64,000 nucleotides of DNA from the human T2T-CHM13v2.0 reference genome, Homo sapiens. Positions 56,545 through 64,000 of this stretch are shown here, piece by piece; the stretch's first letter is position 1, and each line of letters opens with the position of its first letter. A program made the translations under genes and the position numbers. A model generated the notes under the pieces. It saw only the letters and a program-made list of their open reading frames with translations. It did no database searches and was not told the DNA's origin. Where the stretch lies: the NCBI RefSeq assembly GCF_009914755.1, contig NC_060939.1. One strand, written 5' to 3'.

Positions 56545-59212
56545 TTCAGAAGGAATGGTACCAGCTCCTCTATGTAGTTCTGGTAGAAATTGGCTGTGAA
56601 TCCATCTGGTTCTGGGCTTTTTTTGGTTGGTAGACTATTAATTACTACCTCAATTTCAGGACTTGTTATTGGTCTATTCAGGGATTCAACTTCTTCCTGG
56701 TTTAGTTTTGAGAGGGCGTACGTGTCCAGGAATTTAACTATTTCTTCTAGATTTTCTAGTTTATTGGCATAGAGGTGTTTATAGTATTCTCTGATTGTAG
56801 TTTGCATTTCTGTGGGGTCAGTGGTGATATCCCCCTTATAATTTTTTATTGTGTCTATTTGATTCTCCTTTCTTTTCTCTATTAGTCTAGCTAGCTGTCT
56901 GTCTATTTTGTTATTATTTTCAAAAAACTAGCTCCTGGATTGATTTTTTTGGAGGGTTTTTCATGTCTCCACCTCCTTCAATTTTGCTCTGATTTTGGTT
57001 ATTTCTCATCTTCTGCTAGCTTTTGGATTAGTTTGCTCTTGTCTCTGTAGCTCTTTTAATTGTGGTGTTAGGATGTTGATTTGAGATCTTTCTAGCTTTC
57101 TGATGTGGGCATTTAGTGCTATAAATTTCCTGCTTAACACTGCTTTAGCTGTGTCCCAGAGATTCTGGTACACTGTCTTTTTGTTCTCATTGGTTTCAAA
57201 GAACTGCCTTAATTTCATTATTTACCCAGGAGTCATTCAGGAGCAGGCTGTTCAATTTCCATATAACCACTGCTCAAAGAAATAAGAGAGGACACAAACA
57301 AATGGAAAAACTTTCCATTCTCATGGGCAGGAAGAATCAATATTATGAAAATGGCCACACTGACAAAACTAATTTACAGATTCAATGCTATTCCCAAACT
57401 ACCATTGACAGTCTTCACTGAATTAGAAAAAAACACTACTTTAAATTTCATATAGAATCAAAGAAGACCCCACAACAGCCAAGACAATCCTAGGCAAAAA
57501 GAACAAAGCTGGAGACATCATGCTACCAGACTTCAAACTATACTACAAGGCTACAGTAACCAAAACAGCATGGTACTGGTACAAAAACAGACATATAGAC
57601 CAATGGAACAGAACAGAAATCTCAGAAATAACACCACACATCCACAACCATCTGATCTTCAACAAACCTGACAAAAACAAGCAATGGGGAAAGGATCACC
57701 TATTCAATAAGTGATACCGGGAAAACTGGCTAGCCATATGCAGAAAACAGAAACTGGACCCCTTCCTTACACCTCATACAAAAGTTAACTCAAGATGGAT
57801 TAAAGACTTAAATGTAAAACCCAAAACCAGAAAAACCCTAGAAAAAAACCTAGGCAATGCCATTCAGGACATAGGCATGGGCAAAGACTTCATGAAGAAA
57901 ACACTAAAAGCAATTGCAACAAAGGCCAAAATTGACAAATGGGATCTAGTTAAACTAAAGAGCTTCTGCACAGCAATAGAAACTATCATCAGAATGAACA
58001 GGCAACCTACAGAATGGGAGAAAATGTTTGCAATCTACCCATCTGACAAAGGTCAAATATCCATAATTTACAAGGAACTTAAATTTACAAGAAAACAAAC
58101 AACCCCATCAAAAAAGCAGGCAAAGGATATGAACAGATACTTCTCAAAAAAAGACATTTACAGCCAGGCGCAGTGGCTCACGCCTGTAATCCCAGCACTT
58201 TGGGAGGCCGAGGCGGGTGGATCACGAGGTCAGGAGTTCGAGACCATCCTGGCTAACACGGTGAAACCCCTTCTCTACTAAAAATACAAAAACTAGCCGG
58301 GCGTGGTGGCTGGCACCTGTAGTCCCAGCTACTTGGGAGGCTGAGACAGGAGAATGGTGTGAACCCAGGGAGGCGGAGCTTGCAGTGAGCCGAGTTCACG
58401 CCACTGCACTCTAGCCTGGGCGACAGAGCGAGACTCCGTCTCAAAAAAAAAAAAAAAAAGAAAAGACATTTATGCAGCCAACAAACGTATGAAAAAAAGG
58501 CTCAACATCACTGATTAGATAAATGCAAATCAAAACCACAATGAGATACGATCTCTCACCAGTCGGAATGGCAATTATTAAAAAGGCAAGAAACAACAGA
58601 TGCTGGTGAGGCCGTGGAGAAATAGGAGCATTTTCACACATTGGTCGTAATGTAAATTCATTCAACCATTGTGGAAGACAGTGTGGAGATTCCTCAAGGA
58701 TCTAGAACCAGAATTACAAATTGGCCCAGCGATACCATTGTTGGGTATATACCCAAAGGAATATAAATTATTCTACTATAAAGACACATGCACACTATGT
58801 TTATTGCAGCACTATTTACAATAGCAAAGTCATGGAATCAACCCAAATACCTATCAATGATAGACCGGATAAAGAAAATGTGGTAATACACACCAGGGAA
58901 TACCATGCAGCCACAAAAAGCAATGGGATCATGTCCTTTGCAGGGACTTGGATGAAGCTGGGAGCCATCATCCTCAGCAAACTAATACAGGAACAGAAAA
59001 CCAAACAGTACATGTTCTCATTCGTAAGTGGGAGTTGAACAATGAGAACATGTGGACACAGGGAGGGGAACATTACACACCAGGGCCTGTTGTGGGGGTG
59101 GGGGCCGAGGGGAGGGAACTTAGAGGATGGGTCAATAGGTGCAGCAAACCACCATGGCACATGTATACCTATGTGACAAACCTGCACATTCTGCACATGT
59201 ATCCCAGAACTT
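56545..59212 (+). mobile_element. L1PA8-like element with 5' inversion (inverted 56545-~57262)
   Basis: TSD AAAAGTTGGATAT at 56532-56544 and 59213-59225; 3'UTR GGGAGGGAACTTAGAGGA. Confidence 0.9.
58162..58460 (+). mobile_element. AluY-like inside the L1PA8
   Basis: TSD AAAAGACATTTA at 58149-58160 and 58461-58472. Confidence 0.95.
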
Positions 59213-60419
59213 AAAAGTTGGATATATAAAAACTGAGGTTGAAATAAGTGTGTTTTCAGATGAAGAAAAAAGGAGTTGTGAGCTATCATTTCTCAATCTA
59301 AAGATTTATATTCAAGAAAATACAAGAAGGAATGGAGACAAAAGAAAATAGTTAACGTGTGGATGTCGAAACGAACTGCATAAAAGAGTAATTGTTTCTA
59401 GTTTATGGAGTTAAAATGCAACAAGATGAAGCTAAATACCTGGACAACAATAACACCCAGGCTGGAAGAGGAAGACTGATGTTAACATGTTCTAAAGTTC
59501 TTGTATTGGTCAGGAGGAGGGTAAATATTAGACTTAATTATCGGTGTTATAACTTTAAGGATAACCACTAAAATAATAAAATTGGAAATAAATCTTCAAA
59601 CTAATGCAAAGTAAAAAATGAACAAAGAATCTAATTAAAAATAAGGCAAAGAAGATACAAAAAGAAACTGGAGAAGTATGACAAGTAGAATACACAAAAT
59701 TATATAAAGCCAAATATTTCATCACAATAAATGAGAATAAAGTGAAATCTCCTGTTAAAAGTCAGTGATTTCTGACATGATTTAAAAGATAATTGAACTG
59801 TCTATTTATGTAAAGGATGCCTAAAATTGAGAGAAATGATTGAAAAATAAAATGATTGAAAAATATTTCATGTACATACTAAAGAAATCTGGTGTAACTG
59901 TATTAATATCAGACAAAGTAAATTTTAAGGTGAAAATCATTAGTCAAGATTAGAAGGGTAAGCATATAAAATTTTGTTCCCCAGGAAGATGCACTGAATC
60001 TAAATTTGCAAATCTCTACTAAGACAGCTTAAATGAGAAAACTAAATAAAGGTTGATGGATGATGCCGAGTATCTTCTCATGTACTTATTGCAATCCATC
60101 TATCTTCTTTGGTGAAATGTCTATTCAAATCATTTGCCCATTTATTTAGTTGGGTTGTTTGCCCATTGCTGGGTTTCAAAAGTTTTTCACATATTCTGGA
60201 TACAGTTACTTTATTAGGTATGTGATTTACAAATGTTTTCTCCTAGTCTGTGGCTTGTCTTTTCATTCTCTTAATAGAATTTTTGAAAGCAAAAGTTTTA
60301 AATTTTGACCAAGTTTAATCTTTTTTTTCCTTTTATGTATTGTCTTTTGGGGTTATCTCTAATAAATGTTTGCCCACTCCAAGTTTACAAAATTTTCTTT
60401 CAGAATGTTTACACTTTTA

Positions 60420-60703
60420 GGCCAGGTGCGTGGCTCACACCTGTAATCCCAGCACTTTCGGAGCCCGAGGCGGGCGGATCGCCTGAGGTCAGAGTTCAAG
60501 ACTAACCTGGCCAACATGGTAAAACCGCGTCTCTACTAAAAATACAAAAATTAGCTGGGTATGGTGGCGGGTGCCTATAATCCCAGCTACTCAGGAGGCC
60601 GAGGCAGAAGAAGAATCACTTGAACCCGGGAGGCGGAGGTTGCAGGGAGCCGAGATTGCGCCACTGCACTCCACTCGGTCTCAATTAAAAAATAATAATA
60701 ATA
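60420..60703 (+). mobile_element. AluS with a ~20-bp deletion near the 3' end
   Basis: Ends CCACTGCACTCCACTCGGTCTCAA; lies within antisense L1M sequence. Confidence 0.92.
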
Positions 60704-60995
60704 ATTTTTATATTTTTAAATTTATATTTAGGTGTATGATCCAATTTGAGTTCAGTTTTGCATATTCTGTGAGGTATGGTTGGAAATGCATTCTTTGCAT
60801 ATGAGTATCTTATTCAAGCAGACTTGAATAATTTCAACTAAAATTTTAAAGTCAGAAAAAGAGATTATATTTCACATATTTATTATAGAACTAGTTACCT
60901 AATAACAGCCCAGCAAATAATATTTTCAAATTCACACAGAACATTTTCCAACACAGACCCTTTTCTGGGCCATAAAACAATTCCCAATAAATTTA

Positions 60996-61304
<309 letters not shown>

Positions 61305-61811
61305 TAAATTTAAAAACACTGAAATAACACATTGTATATTTTCTGACCATAAAGAAATTAAGCTAGAGATTGATAACAGAAATATATTTGGAAAAATCTC
61401 CAAATATTTAGAATTTGAACTCACCTCTAAATAACTCATAAGCCAGAGAAAATTACCACAGAAATTAGAAAACATTTTTAACAGAAATGAAAATATGTTA
61501 TTAAAAGTAGTGGGGTTCACCAAAAAATAGAAAATAGAAGGAAATTTACAGTATTAAAAGCTTACAAGAAAAGTCTTGAATGATCTAAACTCTAAGAAAC
61601 AAAAATAGCAAATTAAGCTCACATAAGAATAAAGAACATTTTAAAGCTAAGAGCAGAGCGTGCTTCTCAGATTTACAACAGACAATGTCAGAATTATTTA
61701 CAATAGACAAACATGGAAGCAACCCAAGTGTCCATTGACAGATGGATAAACAAAGTATGGTATATACATGAAATGAAATATTATTCAGCCTTGAAAAGGA
61801 GTGAAATTCTT

Positions 61812-62107
61812 GGCTGGGCGCCATAGCTCACGCCTGTAATACCAGTACTTTGGGAGGCTGAGGCAGGTAGGTCACCTGAGGTCAGGAGTTGGAGACCAGC
61901 CTGGCCAACGTGGTAAAACCCCGTCTCTACTAAAAATACAAAAATTAGCCAGGTGTGGTAGCAGGTGCCTGTAGTCCTAGGTACTACAGAGGCTGAAGCA
62001 GGAAAACGCGTGAACCCAGGAGGCAGGGGCTGCAGTGAGCTGAGATCTCACCACTGTACTCCAGCCTGAAGGACAGGCGAGATTCCATCTCAAAAAAAAA
62101 AAAAAAA
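61812..62107 (+). mobile_element. AluSx-like inside an L1MA/MB 3' end
   Basis: TSD GAAATTCT at 61803-61810 and 62109-62116. Confidence 0.95.
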
Positions 62108-63024
62108 GGAAATTCTGACACATGCTACAACATGGATGACCCTTGGTTCTACTAAATGAAGTAAGAAGTCATGAGAAGACGAATGCTGTATGATTCTATT
62201 TATGTGAGGTGCGTAGAGTAGTCAAATTCACAGAGACAGAAAGTAGAATGGTGGCTGTCGGGGCTTGGGGGAGGAGGGATAAGGGATGGGGAGTTAAGAG
62301 CACAGAGTTTCAGTTTTGTAAAATTAAGAGTTCTGATGATTGGCCGTACAGAAGTGTAAATGTACTTAACACCATTAAACTGCATGATTAGAAATTGTTC
62401 TGATGGTAAATTTTAAATTATGCATATCTTACCACCATTTAATAATAATAATAATAATAATAATAAACAGAAGCTCTACACATATTAAACAGCAACTTCC
62501 CATTCCCCTGTCTTAAATTTGGTTGCTTAGACCATTTACATGTACTGTGATTATCAATATTGCTTAAGTCTACCATCTTCAAAGTTGTTTCCTATTCTCA
62601 CCCCCATAGTTTCTTCTCCCCTACCCTTTCTGACTTTCTATACAAAAGGAACATTTTTATATTCCTTTTGATTTCCATAACAGAGCCATTAGTTGTATTT
62701 TTTTTTACTGATCCATATAGCGTTTATAATATACACCCTTCAATTTACAAAAGTTTTCTTACGAATAATACCGTATCACTTCACATAGAGTATGAAACAT
62801 TACAAAAATATTCTCCCATTTCCTCCTCTTGGCATTTGTGCGGCTACTATCGTGCATTTTAATTTTATACATGCTATAGACACATTATCATTCTTGCTTT
62901 AAACAATTTTTTAAATTTTTTGTGTTAGAAAATGTTATATTTTCACAGATATTAATCATTTCTAGTTCTCTTCATTTATTTGTATAGATCCCAATACGCA
63001 TCTAGCATCATTTTCCTTCTGTCT

Positions 63025-63469
63025 TGTGAAAGGAAAATCTTGGGGCCCCAAAACTACTAAGCTAAAGGGAAAAGTGAAGCTGGGAACTGCTCAGGGCAAA
63101 CCTGCTTCCCATTCTATTGAAAGTCATCCCTCTGCTCACTGACATAGATGCATATCTAATTGCCTCCTTTGGAAAGGCTTATCAGAAACTCAAAAGAATG
63201 CAACTACTTGGCTTTCACCTTCCTGTGACCTGGAAGCCCTCTCCCTGCTTCGAGTTGTCCCTGCCTTTCTGGACAGAACCAATGTGCTTCTTACATATAC
63301 TGATTGATGTCTTATGTCTCCCTAAAATGTATAAAACCAAACTGTGCCTCTACCACCTTGGTACATGTCGTCAGGACTTCCTGAGGCTGTATTATGGGTG
63401 GGCATCCTCAGCTTCCACAAAATAAACTTTCTAAATTAAGTGAGACCTGTCTCAGATTTTCAAGTTTCA
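63025..63469 (+). mobile_element. MER4A-like solo LTR
   Basis: TGTGAAAGGAAAAT..CTTGGGGCCCCAAAA...TTTCA, 4-bp TSD GTCT at 63021-63024 and 63470-63473. Confidence 0.88.
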
Positions 63470-63479
63470 GTCTGAATAA

Positions 63480-64000
63480 TGTAACATTTTTGTATTGCTA
63501 TTCTGCCGGCAGTTAATTCATGTAGCTTTTTTCTGTCTGAAAGATCTCAATTTTGCCTTAATTACTGAATGCTTTGTTTTTCTGGCTATGGAATTCTAGG
63601 TTGAGTTTTCAATTTTTCTTTCAATAATCTAAAATGTCACTCCACAGCATTCTGGCTTTCATTGTTTCTGATGATAAGTCTGCTACAATTCTTAGTTGTG
63701 TTCCTCTGTGTATATCTTTTTTCCTGACTGCTTTTAAGATTTTCTCTTTTTCATTATTTTTGGCCATTGGGTTATGACATGCTCTGGCATTTGTTTTCTT
63801 CATGTGTGTCCTGCTTGGCTTCCATTGAGCTACTTTGGTCTGTTTCCAGTATTCGTTTGAAAAATATTCTGAAGTTATTGTTTCAAACATTTTTTTCTCC
63901 CCACTCCTTTTCTGGTATTCAAATTACATGCATTTAGGCTACTCGACATTGTTCCGTAGTTCCCTGATGCTCTTCATTCATTGTTTTTAGTCTTTGTCTT
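63480..64000 (-). mobile_element. old L1M ORF1 fragment
   Basis: Peptide KEKILKAVRKK..RIVADLSSETMKAR. Confidence 0.8.

Overview
Human genomic DNA (a human-specific AluYb copy is present). The window is AT-rich, dominated by transposable elements, and has no recognisable host protein-coding exon. It holds nested L1, Alu, MaLR, ERVL and MER4-group LTRs and DNA transposons, plus a two-LTR ERV9/LTR12 provirus (7617-15429) that lacks its RT domain and has a duplicated primer-binding site. The most notable element is not visible in the ORF track: a heavily decayed minus-strand sequence at about 20325-28420, split by Alu, Tigger3b, MLT1 and MST elements. My manual translation of it shows a long colinear series of motifs matching foamy virus (Spumaretrovirinae) Env, across leader peptide, SU, an RAKR furin site and the TM ectodomain. 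No gag, pol or LTR is recognisable around it. All family and subfamily assignments, and the foamy Env comparison, come from recalled consensus sequences and not from a database search.
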